This document shows positions 49,606-58,266 of a stretch of 59,828 nucleotides of DNA, one piece after another (position 1 is the stretch's first letter; each line of letters begins with the position of its first letter). The translations under genes and the position numbers were made by a program. Origin of the DNA: a virus (Duplodnaviria > Caudoviricetes). Below the pieces are notes generated by a model that was not told where the DNA came from, searched no databases, and saw only the letters and a list, made by a program, of their open reading frames with translations. The DNA is taken from positions 1 through 59,828 of IMG/VR virus record IMGVR_UViG_3300022602_000103, one strand, 5' to 3'.

Positions 49606-50019
49606 CTAATCTTGAGTGGGTTTATATACTACTGCGGTAAACTCTCTCATTACATTCACGCCAGGCGGCAAGCCATCACCTGCATGCTCAGCCATGAATT
49701 CTTTAAAGTTTGTTTGGTGTATGCGCCCTTCAAACAACTCAGGCATTTCCTTCTCCATAACAAACTTACGAAAGCTATCTCCATCAGATATGGTGTAGCG
49801 TTCATTTAACTTTTTAACCACTCGACCTTCTTTGGTTTTAATACTGGTTGCGTTTGTTTCGTTGCACACTGCAAGCATTTGCTGACCTAAAACTACCAAA
49901 TCATTCTCAAATACTTTGTCTTGTACTTTCCACTCTGCAGCAATTCTTTCACGCTCTGCTCTTATTGTCAAGTAAGTTTTTACTAATTCATCTAAATTAA
50001 CTTCAGTCATTGTTGTCAT
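49606..50019 (-). CDS. conserved replication-module protein
   Basis: LVKTYLTIR...SIKT..G...LPPGVN. Confidence 0.65.
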   Translation of the reverse strand: MTTMTEVNLDELVKTYLTIRAERERIAAEWKVQDKVFENDLVVLGQQMLAVCNETNATSIKTKEGRVVKKLNERYTISDGDSFRKFVMEKEMPELFEGRIHQTNFKEFMAEHAGDGLPPGVNVMREFTAVVYKPTQD

Positions 50020-51580
50020 CTTCTATTCCTAACTCTTCTCTATACAGGTCAACCAGCTTCTCGTGGCTATCAACTTTAGACTGAAGCATCGCATACATCT
50101 TTCGTTCAATTTCTGAACCTTGCAAGTGTACGACAGTCATCTTGTTAACCTGACCAACACGGTCAATACGGGCTACGCACTGCAGATATGTTTCCACACT
50201 CATTACTGGAGACCAAAATACTACTGTGTCTGCGGCAGTTAGAGTCACACCATGCGATGCAGCTTGTGGTTGAATAATTAACACTCGTGGAAATTCTGAA
50301 TTTTGAAACCGACTAATAATTTCCGATCGCTCTTTAGCGGCTACGCTTCCTCTAATAATTTCATTAGTGACTCCTTCTCCTTGTAAATGTTTAGCAACTA
50401 AATCAATAGTGTGACCGTAGGGAACAAAGATAATAACTTTATGTTCCGTCTCATCAAGCACTTCCATTAGGGCATTTAATCGTGGAGACACATCAAACTC
50501 CACAACTTCACGGGTATCTGTATAGACAGCCCCTCCCGAAATTTGTAACAATTTTGTTAACTTTGCCGCAGCGTTAACAGCGCTAATTTTTTCTCCTGCC
50601 GCTTCAATAAGCATCTGACTCTTGATGACTTGGTAATACTTATTAACTTGAACGCTAAGGGGTACTATGCGAGTCTGGTACATCACAGGCGGTAGGTCTA
50701 AGCATTGAGCCTTCTCAAAACGAATGGCTGGTTGTAGAGCGTTGTAAACATCTTGCCGTGCATTAGGCTTTGGTACATACTTAAAGCGGGTTACTTGGTG
50801 CATTACCTTATCTCGCCACGCAGTAAAATACTTAGGCACATTCCCAGGAGATACAAGCCTTGCAAGCCCAAACGCATCAAGCGGGGACTGCGAAGCGGGA
50901 GTGCCAGTAAGCATCCAAAGTTTTGTTGAGGGCTTCATTATTTTTGCTAGTGTTTTCCATCTTTTGGTCGTAACTGTTTTATAAGCGTTAGCTTCATCAA
51001 TTACTATTAGGTCAAACCCTAGTTTACTTATTTCTTCTTTAACAATGTTCACACCATCATAGTTAATGATGACAAACTCATAGACTCCATTAAGAACTTT
51101 CTTGCGTTTATCTGCATCGCCATAAGCTACAGCTACGCTTCTGTGCATGGCAGTTTTAAAGATATCTGCTTGCCATGCTGAATACATAATAGATAGTGGG
51201 CAGATGATTAAAACGCGCTTAATCAAGCCTTGCGTCATTAGATAGTCGGCAGCCCATATAACCGATGAAGTCTTGCCTGTACCCGCTTCATTAAAGCAGA
51301 ATGCGCGTTGTTGTAGTGAAAGGAATGAGGCAGTAGTTTCTTGGTGTTTGAATGGCGTGTACATTCCAGGCCAAGTGTAATCTCTTTGCATCGGTGAAGG
51401 AACTTTATCCCCATACACTTTGACCATGTGTTGCATCTCTTCGATGCCCCAATACACTAAAACTTCTGCGTGGTTGCCGTTGTCTTCTACGACTTCGCTT
51501 TTTTCTAGGTAGTCCGTAATCAGGTTGACTTCGTCTGATTTGATCCTAAATTTAACGGCTTGGTTATCAACTATTTCCAC
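50003..51580 (-). CDS. SNF2-family helicase
   Basis: GTGKT, VIDEA, LTGTP, HGVTLT, Q...RIDR.GQ. Confidence 0.9.
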   Translation of the reverse strand: MEIVDNQAVKFRIKSDEVNLITDYLEKSEVVEDNGNHAEVLVYWGIEEMQHMVKVYGDKVPSPMQRDYTWPGMYTPFKHQETTASFLSLQQRAFCFNEAGTGKTSSVIWAADYLMTQGLIKRVLIICPLSIMYSAWQADIFKTAMHRSVAVAYGDADKRKKVLNGVYEFVIINYDGVNIVKEEISKLGFDLIVIDEANAYKTVTTKRWKTLAKIMKPSTKLWMLTGTPASQSPLDAFGLARLVSPGNVPKYFTAWRDKVMHQVTRFKYVPKPNARQDVYNALQPAIRFEKAQCLDLPPVMYQTRIVPLSVQVNKYYQVIKSQMLIEAAGEKISAVNAAAKLTKLLQISGGAVYTDTREVVEFDVSPRLNALMEVLDETEHKVIIFVPYGHTIDLVAKHLQGEGVTNEIIRGSVAAKERSEIISRFQNSEFPRVLIIQPQAASHGVTLTAADTVVFWSPVMSVETYLQCVARIDRVGQVNKMTVVHLQGSEIERKMYAMLQSKVDSHEKLVDLYREELGIEDDNND

Positions 51581-51607
51581 AACTATCCTCTAACTAAAAT
51601 TTAACTG

Positions 51608-51742
51608 TGACCCCTTACGGGGGTTAGTCGGTCAAGCCTGTCGTGCAAAGGAGAAGTGCAAATGAACTTCATAACACCGCCTGACTGACATGGTTATAAG
51701 GGGAAGTCAATACCCTACCGCCCACTCATGCCTTACAGCGGT
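51608..51742 (-). ncRNA. candidate structured RNA with pseudoknot and anti-RBS loop
   Basis: Four hairpins plus a 6-bp pseudoknot; loop contains CAUUUGCACUUCUCCUUU. Confidence 0.55.
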
Positions 51743-51798
51743 AACTTTACAATCCTACTTCTTTAACTTTACAATCCTACTTCTTTAACTTTACAATC
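51742..51798. repeat. 22-bp tandem repeat x2.6
   Basis: TAACTTTACAATCCTACTTCTT twice, then TAACTTTACAATC. Confidence 0.9.
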
Positions 51799-52124
51799 TT
51801 GCTCAATTTTTTCTCTCCGCCCTTTTCTTTCTTGGACTTCTCAGAAACTAAATTGCCTTTTGAATCTCTTTTAAACGAGCGGTTACCGTGCGCGCTCTCA
51901 ATAAACACACCAGCTTTATTTGAACCACCTTTGTCCAAAGCTTTAACGTGAGCCACATCTTTGCCTTCACGAATATCTGCTTTTTTATTTTTATCTTTGT
52001 CAGGATACATCTTATCAATCGCACGACGGGCGCGCTGTCTTTCCATTCGACGTTCATGTTCACCACGGGCTTTCTCTTGTTGGTATTCTTTAGCATAGGG
52101 TCTAGGTTTATTAACGTAAGGCAT
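51777..52124 (-). CDS. HNH-like small basic protein
   Basis: GKDVAHVKALDKGGSN...NRSF. Confidence 0.65.
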   Translation of the reverse strand: MPYVNKPRPYAKEYQQEKARGEHERRMERQRARRAIDKMYPDKDKNKKADIREGKDVAHVKALDKGGSNKAGVFIESAHGNRSFKRDSKGNLVSEKSKKEKGGEKKLSKIVKLKK

Positions 52125-52777
52125 TATCTCTCCTTGTGAAACTCACAGGTTCTAACAGGACACCAGCCACATAGCGGTGTAGGATTTGGATTCCATACAT
52201 CATTTTCGTAGGATATGTTTAATCTTTCAAGGTCTGTACTAAATTGATTCCACAACTTAGGAATCTGATCCCGTGTGTATTCTTCGTCTATGAAACTCTC
52301 GTGCATCACAAACAGTAGACCAGCTTTGATACGCTTGACTTCGGGAAAATGCTCAAAGGTCATCAGCGCCATCAGCTTTAACTGTTTAGGGTCAGGGTAA
52401 CGATTAGACCCAGTCTTGTAGTCCACAATGAATGCTTGCTCACCATCCACAATCAGCAAATCCACGATGCCACGTACCCAGTAGCCCTTACCAAAAGCAC
52501 ATGCTTTTTTATTGGCATCTAGTCCCATTCTATGTTCGGGATATTTAATCCCAGGGATTTCCCTAAGTGAATCTAATACAGGCTGAAACCGCTTGTAGTT
52601 TTCAGCTAGGGGTTTACCCTCACCCACATAGTCTTCACAGGCTTTATGGACTTCCGTGCCATAGCGCATCTGTTCTGTTGGGTATTTAACAAAGTGCTTT
52701 AATACTTTAACTTCCTGATACTGCTTAGGACAGTTAACGTAGTCTTTGAGAGAGGAGAATGACCAAGTAAAGTTCAT
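52124..52777 (-). CDS. PD-(D/E)XK exonuclease (RecB/Cas4-like)
   Basis: WSFSSL...CP, G.EVH, RGIVDL, VDYKTG, QLKL, C..CP...C. Confidence 0.85.
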   Translation of the reverse strand: MNFTWSFSSLKDYVNCPKQYQEVKVLKHFVKYPTEQMRYGTEVHKACEDYVGEGKPLAENYKRFQPVLDSLREIPGIKYPEHRMGLDANKKACAFGKGYWVRGIVDLLIVDGEQAFIVDYKTGSNRYPDPKQLKLMALMTFEHFPEVKRIKAGLLFVMHESFIDEEYTRDQIPKLWNQFSTDLERLNISYENDVWNPNPTPLCGWCPVRTCEFHKER

Positions 52778-52786
52778 GTTTACATA

Positions 52787-52978
52787 TTACAACAAATCGT
52801 CTTTGTTGTATCCCCTTTTGAACAACTCTTTGCGAATTTTTTTAAATGCACTAGCTTCTATATTGCGCACAGTCTGACGACTAACTCCCATAACTGATGC
52901 TATGTCTTCTTGAGTCATCATAGGTGATGGCTCATCATCAACTTCAATAAAACCTACAAAAGGGATAGGCTCTTTCAT
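52787..52978 (-). CDS. sigma70 region-4-like HTH protein
   Basis: MTQEDIASVMGVSRQTVRNIEASAFKKIR. Confidence 0.7.
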   Translation of the reverse strand: MKEPIPFVGFIEVDDEPSPMMTQEDIASVMGVSRQTVRNIEASAFKKIRKELFKRGYNKDDLL

Positions 52979-53265
52979 TTCATAGCCTTCTTTTTCATGC
53001 CAATAGCTTTGCGTAAATCATGACTATGAAGTTTTTTACCAACTGACTTTGGAACTTCGCCAGCAGCTTCAGCTACTTTTGCGGCGCGTTTGCGATTAGC
53101 AATCTCACCATCGGACAAAACAAATTCATGTTTAGCGCCCTTTGCTTTCTTACCTTCTTTAGCAATTAACTCATCATGTGAATATGACTTGTTTGGAGCT
53201 TTAACTATTTTGCCCGATTTTTCTTTGATGGCGGGGGCTTTTACCGTCAATTTTTTAGATGCCAT
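52975..53265 (-). CDS. small Lys-rich protein
   Basis: Start revised to ATG 53265 (SD AAGGAG); F..SDG...NRK.A...A...G...LHSHDL. Confidence 0.65.
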   Translation of the reverse strand: MASKKLTVKAPAIKEKSGKIVKAPNKSYSHDELIAKEGKKAKGAKHEFVLSDGEIANRKRAAKVAEAAGEVPKSVGKKLHSHDLRKAIGMKKKAMK

Positions 53266-53266
53266 A

Positions 53267-54034
53267 CTAGACTCCTTTAAGGATGTTTGGGTTAATTGCC
53301 CCAATGTTTTCAAGGTTCCGATCAGGGTAATCGTTTTTTAATAATACATACTGCATACTAGCAATCCTAGCACTTCTTTTACAATCAGATTGTACTTGTA
53401 TCCACGGACATTCTTTAGTGCTAGTCTTATCAAGCATCTGTATTTTTGCTTTGGTATATTCATCCCACATAGTTTGACTAGCAACATCTATCGGGCTGAG
53501 CTTGCCTTGCTTGAGCGGGTGCGTTTCACGTTCTTGGAAGCGACGGGCTTGCTCTTTTTTGCTGACGGAGTACCAGAACTTGATAATTTTAATTCCTCCT
53601 TCGACCCAGATTTTTTCAAGGACGGGCGTTTCTTTGAAGAACTGCTTGGTTTGGTTAACTGTGCAGAAACCCATGACAGGCTCGACTCCTGCTCGGTTGT
53701 ACCATGACCTATCCCAGAACGTGATTTCTCCTGCTTTAGGAAACTCTTTGATGTAGCGTTGCCAGTACCACTCTTTCGCTTCTTGCTCTGTGGGCTTGGA
53801 GAGGGCAACGACTCTTGCGGTTCTTGGGTTGAGGTGTTCCATGAATCGCTTAATTGACCCACCTTTACCTGCGGCATCGCGCCCTTCAAAAATAATGATA
53901 TGTTGTGTATTAGTTTCTTTAACATGGTTTTGCCATTTCAAAAGTTCTACTTGTAATAAATACTTTTTTGCCTCGTACTCCTTGAGACTAATCAAGTTCC
54001 GTGGTGATTCTTCTGACTGATCTATTGTACTCAC
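53267..54034 (-). CDS. ppk2: polyphosphate kinase 2
   Basis: Walker A FEGRDAAGKGG, DRSWYNR Walker B, EPVMGFC, lid EQ.RRF..R...PLK..KLSP.D; GTG start 54034 overlaps the polymerase stop. Confidence 0.92.
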   Translation of the reverse strand: MSTIDQSEESPRNLISLKEYEAKKYLLQVELLKWQNHVKETNTQHIIIFEGRDAAGKGGSIKRFMEHLNPRTARVVALSKPTEQEAKEWYWQRYIKEFPKAGEITFWDRSWYNRAGVEPVMGFCTVNQTKQFFKETPVLEKIWVEGGIKIIKFWYSVSKKEQARRFQERETHPLKQGKLSPIDVASQTMWDEYTKAKIQMLDKTSTKECPWIQVQSDCKRSARIASMQYVLLKNDYPDRNLENIGAINPNILKGV

Positions 54035-55917
54035 GCTTTCCACTCCTCCATCTCACCATAATTCTTACCAAAGTGAGCTTCACAAGCTACTGGTAAACCC
54101 TTAGCCCATTCTGGTGGTGTTGACATGACCTCGACGATCCATGCACAAGCCTCATCTACTTCATCCTCGGGAACTACGCACACCGCCGCATCATGCACAG
54201 TTAGCACGGGTCGATAGCGCTCCGTTAATTTAATCATCTGCTGACCTACAATAATCCTAGCTAACGCTTGAACTACGTTCTCCACAACTGAACCGCCCCA
54301 TAGAGACACGGGGCCTTTGCGTGACTTGTATTGGTATCCGCCTTTAGAGTCATCAGTGATCTGTAAGTCAGGGTAGCGGATGTATAGTCCGTTTGGCAGT
54401 TCAATCCCTTCTTTAGTAACCCGCACACACTTGTGTTTGCCATAGGCAAACGGCTTTTGTTTAGGTTGCCAATCAGCTAACCGCTTAAGAGCGTCGTCGC
54501 CTTCTCGCCATAGCTTAACAATCATATCGTTGGTGTCTCTGTATAGATTAACTATTTCCTTACACTTATCCTCTGTGAGGTCTGCGCCTGGCGGACTAGT
54601 CTTTAGTGTGTGCTGTAACTTTAACGCACCAGTCCCATAGCCCAATCCAAGGATGCAGGTTTTACCCACAAACCTTTCAACGGGGTCTTTTTTGGTAATG
54701 GTTCTTTCATAGATTTTCGACGCAAAGACGGAATAAACATCATTCCCTTTGGCGAAGTCTTTGACCAAATCTTCCTGACCCGAAAGCCATGCGAGTACTC
54801 TTGCTTCAATCTGAGACGAGTCGCAGTTGATAACCATATATCCCTCGGGGGCAACCACCGCATTCTTAAGAGCCTTTTTCTTCTTGTCTCGACTCGGTAG
54901 GTTTTGGAAATTAACCTTATCCGACCCTGCCCAACGACCCGTATGCGCCCCGTAATATTTAAGCGGGATAGGTAATCTACCTTTGTTGCGTGAACCGACA
55001 TCTATGAACCTTTCTATTCTTGACTCTTCAATGGTTGATTTAGTCCCCAGTCGCACGGCAGCGAGTTGTTGGATGATAGGGTCTTCGTGTTCTGTTAGCG
55101 CTATGAACCCTTCGTCATTTTTTGCCAGCGCAAAGGTCTGCTTGCCAGTTGTCTTGCTCTCCTTCATCGGTGGCTCGACTCCAAACTCCTTTAGCACGGC
55201 AGCGAATTGTTTATTACTAGCTAACTTCTTGCGTACTTGCTCTTCGTTCTCACATTGCAAGGTAGCTTTGAGTGTCCCTAATAACTGTAATTTCTCATGC
55301 TTAAGTTCCTCTAGTCGGTCATTGAGTAGCGCATCGTCAACCTCTAGGATTGGATTGATAAACATTTTTAAAGTCATATCTATCAAAAGCAATTCATCAG
55401 GTGGAAACGCACTCGACAATACTTGGAAGAGCTTAAAAGTTAACTCCACATCGTTGATGCAGTATGAACCGTAGGCTGTGAGTTCGGCTGAAGTGAAACC
55501 AGTTATTTGCTTACCTTCTGCCAACACAACCTCGTGACCCTTGACACCTAGCTTATAACGCTCGGCAAGATAGGATAAAGAACCCCCGACATCTACCCCA
55601 TTCGTAGCCCGACCCATGCACAATGTATCAAGATAAAAAGATGGCTTGATACCAAACTTCCACGCAAGAATAGAGCCGTCAAATAAAGTATTGTGGCAAA
55701 GCAAAGCAGAATCTTTCCACGGGAGTGTGGAAAGGTATTTTTGGATGTCGAGGTGTGAACCAGAAAACCATTCAGTCACACCTTCACCTACCTTGACACC
55801 AACACCGATTACTTCAAAGCGCTTGTCTCTGATGTATTCCTCAGTCGTCTGATGCTTAAAACCAAGCTTGATCTTGGAGTCGTAGTAGGTTTCAAAATCC
55901 AAAACTATTAAGTTCAT
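54031..55917 (-). CDS. polA: DNA polymerase family A with 3'-5' exonuclease
   Basis: ExoI LDFET, HN..FD, YC.ND; HTGRW, NFQNLP, motif A DSSQIEAR, motif B R..GK...LGLGYG, motif C VHD. Confidence 0.92.
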   Translation of the reverse strand: MNLIVLDFETYYDSKIKLGFKHQTTEEYIRDKRFEVIGVGVKVGEGVTEWFSGSHLDIQKYLSTLPWKDSALLCHNTLFDGSILAWKFGIKPSFYLDTLCMGRATNGVDVGGSLSYLAERYKLGVKGHEVVLAEGKQITGFTSAELTAYGSYCINDVELTFKLFQVLSSAFPPDELLLIDMTLKMFINPILEVDDALLNDRLEELKHEKLQLLGTLKATLQCENEEQVRKKLASNKQFAAVLKEFGVEPPMKESKTTGKQTFALAKNDEGFIALTEHEDPIIQQLAAVRLGTKSTIEESRIERFIDVGSRNKGRLPIPLKYYGAHTGRWAGSDKVNFQNLPSRDKKKKALKNAVVAPEGYMVINCDSSQIEARVLAWLSGQEDLVKDFAKGNDVYSVFASKIYERTITKKDPVERFVGKTCILGLGYGTGALKLQHTLKTSPPGADLTEDKCKEIVNLYRDTNDMIVKLWREGDDALKRLADWQPKQKPFAYGKHKCVRVTKEGIELPNGLYIRYPDLQITDDSKGGYQYKSRKGPVSLWGGSVVENVVQALARIIVGQQMIKLTERYRPVLTVHDAAVCVVPEDEVDEACAWIVEVMSTPPEWAKGLPVACEAHFGKNYGEMEEWKA

Positions 55918-56396
55918 TTGTACGATTCCCCACGAACCACTAAACTAATTACTCTTTGGCTTACACCAAATTCTTTTGCTAACGGCACTTGATATTCTCC
56001 TTTGGTATAGCGTTTGCGTATTTGAATTACTTGTTTAGCTGATAGTTTCGCATTGACATGATTAGCCCCTTTAGGTTGCGCTTTACGCTTTTTGGTATAA
56101 GCGTCTTTCATATTGTCTGAAAAATTACCTATAAAGAAATGGCTAGGGTTACAGCATTTGCGGTTGTCACACTTATGCAAAACATACCCTTTTTCCGTTG
56201 TATGTTTTGGTGCACTAGGATCAGATATGAGTCCACTTAACCACGCAGAAATGCGGTGTGAGACATATATTTTCCCATCCCACGCTACATTACCATACCC
56301 GACACTATTGCAAGCTCCTTGCCATTCCCAGCAATCTGACTTTTTGCCAATACTTACCCTAGCCCAAAAAGACTCAGAGGTCTGTTTTCTACTCAC
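55914..56396 (-). CDS. HNH endonuclease with C-terminal HTH (homing type)
   Basis: CWEW.G...GYG, SHR, VLHKCDNRKCCNPSH...N..D, LAKEFGVSQ. Confidence 0.85.
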   Translation of the reverse strand: MSRKQTSESFWARVSIGKKSDCWEWQGACNSVGYGNVAWDGKIYVSHRISAWLSGLISDPSAPKHTTEKGYVLHKCDNRKCCNPSHFFIGNFSDNMKDAYTKKRKAQPKGANHVNAKLSAKQVIQIRKRYTKGEYQVPLAKEFGVSQRVISLVVRGESYK

Positions 56397-56433
56397 ACTA
56401 GACTCCTAATACGTTTTACCAGTCTAGAGTATA

Positions 56434-56970
56434 TCATAGGTAATTAAATAACTTTCCGAATATGGTTTTGTGTTTCTTTTCTTTTTTTGCTAAATCTTTT
56501 TGTGCTTTCACTAGGTCATATTGCGCTTCGAGTTGCTCATTATAGAAACGTAGTTGTTGATCCACAGTAGAGATAGCGGTAGTACCCCATGTCCCGCCGT
56601 TAGAGATAGCATTAGTGTTAAGTGATACTGTTGACTGCCCCGCACTCGTAGTCATACCAAGTGGAACTGACCCTAAGTGGTATGGATTGGTGCTGGTGAT
56701 TCTGACTGGCTTTCCCATTTCACTCACTTCGTCCTCGCCAGTAAGTGCTTTCATGATGCGCTCGGTAAAGTTCTCACGTATCGCATCGTTAAAGGCTGTC
56801 CTGACCGCTTGCTTTTCTTCGTCGGTAAAGTACTCTGTATTAAGAACCTCACTTAAGAAAGGACTCCATATATTTTTCTTAGGATCATGATGATACATCG
56901 TAGGGTCTACTGAAAAGTCCTCGGGTCTATCTTTCATCCGTTGTAAAAGTATTTCAACTCCTGAGTTCAT
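56434..56970 (-). CDS. hypothetical protein, paralog family GV.I.L.RM...PE.F (copy 3)
   Basis: MNSGVEILLQRMKDRPEDF. Confidence 0.7.
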   Translation of the reverse strand: MNSGVEILLQRMKDRPEDFSVDPTMYHHDPKKNIWSPFLSEVLNTEYFTDEEKQAVRTAFNDAIRENFTERIMKALTGEDEVSEMGKPVRITSTNPYHLGSVPLGMTTSAGQSTVSLNTNAISNGGTWGTTAISTVDQQLRFYNEQLEAQYDLVKAQKDLAKKEKKHKTIFGKLFNYL

Positions 56971-57209
56971 TTAAATTTCTCCATTAGTTCTTTGTCTTCT
57001 CTTTCTTCGCCAATTAACTTGCCCATCACCTTCTGTGTGAACTCTTCTTGACGACACTTAGCTATGCCTTCTTCTAACAACTTATACTCGGCTGGGTCTA
57101 GTGAACGCTCAAAGTCCATAATGAGATTGTTCCATCGGCTACCATGATTAAAAAACTCTTCGGGGTGAGTCTCCATCCTCGCTAATAATATTTCTACTCC
57201 GCCGTTCAT
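56967..57209 (-). CDS. hypothetical protein, same paralog family (copy 2)
   Basis: MNGGVEILLARMETHPEEF. Confidence 0.7.
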   Translation of the reverse strand: MNGGVEILLARMETHPEEFFNHGSRWNNLIMDFERSLDPAEYKLLEEGIAKCRQEEFTQKVMGKLIGEEREDKELMEKFK

Positions 57210-57577
57210 ACCTTGTATCTCCCTTTACCAGCATAAGAAATTGCACTACCTTGAGCTTTTGCTACTGCACGACCAAATGGGCTATCGTCTTCTTCTGTCT
57301 CGCACTCTTCTTCCTCGGGTGGGACTAGGGTCTGCAACACCATCTGATTAAACTCGTTCTTGCGAATCTGTTTAATTTTGTCAAAGATCATACCCTTCTC
57401 GGTCTCGTTCATAGCGTCTCGGAAATAATCTTTATAGATGAACTTCCACTTATCACTATTGGCATGGAACTCTTCGGGATGCGTGTCCATCCTTGCCAGC
57501 ACGATGCCTACACCGCCACCGCAGATACCAGCTAGGTCTACGCTCTCTTCTTCCATCTTCTTAATGTCTTCACTCAT
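57206..57577 (-). CDS. hypothetical protein, same paralog family (copy 1)
   Basis: GGVGIVLARMDTHPEEF; RBS AAGGAGAAG. Confidence 0.7.
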   Translation of the reverse strand: MSEDIKKMEEESVDLAGICGGGVGIVLARMDTHPEEFHANSDKWKFIYKDYFRDAMNETEKGMIFDKIKQIRKNEFNQMVLQTLVPPEEEECETEEDDSPFGRAVAKAQGSAISYAGKGRYKV

Positions 57578-57610
57578 TTACTTCTCCTTAAATAACGTCT
57601 TGTATAGTTA

Positions 57611-57647
57611 CAAAAAAAGGGAGCAAGGCATAGCCTAAACTCCCTTG
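57611..57647 (-). terminator. rho-independent terminator
   Basis: AAGGGAG...CTCCCTT then T-tract. Confidence 0.7.
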
Positions 57648-57650
57648 GGT

Positions 57651-58076
57651 TTACTTCTTACTTAGTTTGCCAACTTCACGATTGAGATACCATTGGGCTT
57701 TCTTCAAATCTTCTAACTTGTTCCCCTTGTGGTCTGCACGAGTAATATACTTCACCACATTACCGAGGTTATAGTTAAGAGACTTTGCTTCGATGAAATC
57801 AATCGTCTCGATCCCGCCTGTCTTGTAGTGGGGTGGATGGTTGACGTTATCGGTCTTCACAACAGTCTTAGGTTTTCTTCCACGCTTGGGTGGATACTTA
57901 ATTAGAACTGCTGGTGATGCGCTCATGGTGAGGGCTTGATCTTTCTTTGATTTATGAATTATCTGATACACACTATTGGGTGTAACACCAATCGCCTTTG
58001 CTATTTCGATTGCTTTTGCATTGGGGTTGTTCTTAACATAAGCCAATACCTTTGCAGTTTTAGTTAACTTCTTCAT
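57651..58076 (-). CDS. HTH + DUF3310 (SaV-like) protein
   Basis: EIAKAIGVT HTH; DNVNHPPHY..GGIETIDFI...GNVVKY..R...K...EDLKKAQWYL. Confidence 0.8.
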   Translation of the reverse strand: MKKLTKTAKVLAYVKNNPNAKAIEIAKAIGVTPNSVYQIIHKSKKDQALTMSASPAVLIKYPPKRGRKPKTVVKTDNVNHPPHYKTGGIETIDFIEAKSLNYNLGNVVKYITRADHKGNKLEDLKKAQWYLNREVGKLSKK

Positions 58077-58266
58077 CTTTACTTCTCCTTTTTGGTTTTA
58101 CTGCGGTTATCCCGATGTCGGGGGTTTTACTTCTTGCTTCGAGCATAGCGTCTGCTATTCTGTAACATCTTTCTGCCCCACCACTGTATGCACAATCCGT
58201 ATCCCCAAATGACATACGCAACAACGCAAACATCGCAAAGCAATCTCTTAGGTCTTGTTCATTCAT
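58060..58266 (-). CDS. small phage protein
   Basis: LRDCFA...Y.IADAMLEAR. Confidence 0.65.
   Translation of the reverse strand: MNEQDLRDCFAMFALLRMSFGDTDCAYSGGAERCYRIADAMLEARSKTPDIGITAVKPKRRSKDEEVN

Noticed and set aside
52124-52777. Cas4 implying a CRISPR system
   Set aside because: A stand-alone PD-(D/E)XK nuclease in a replication module is normal for phages; no array or other cas genes.
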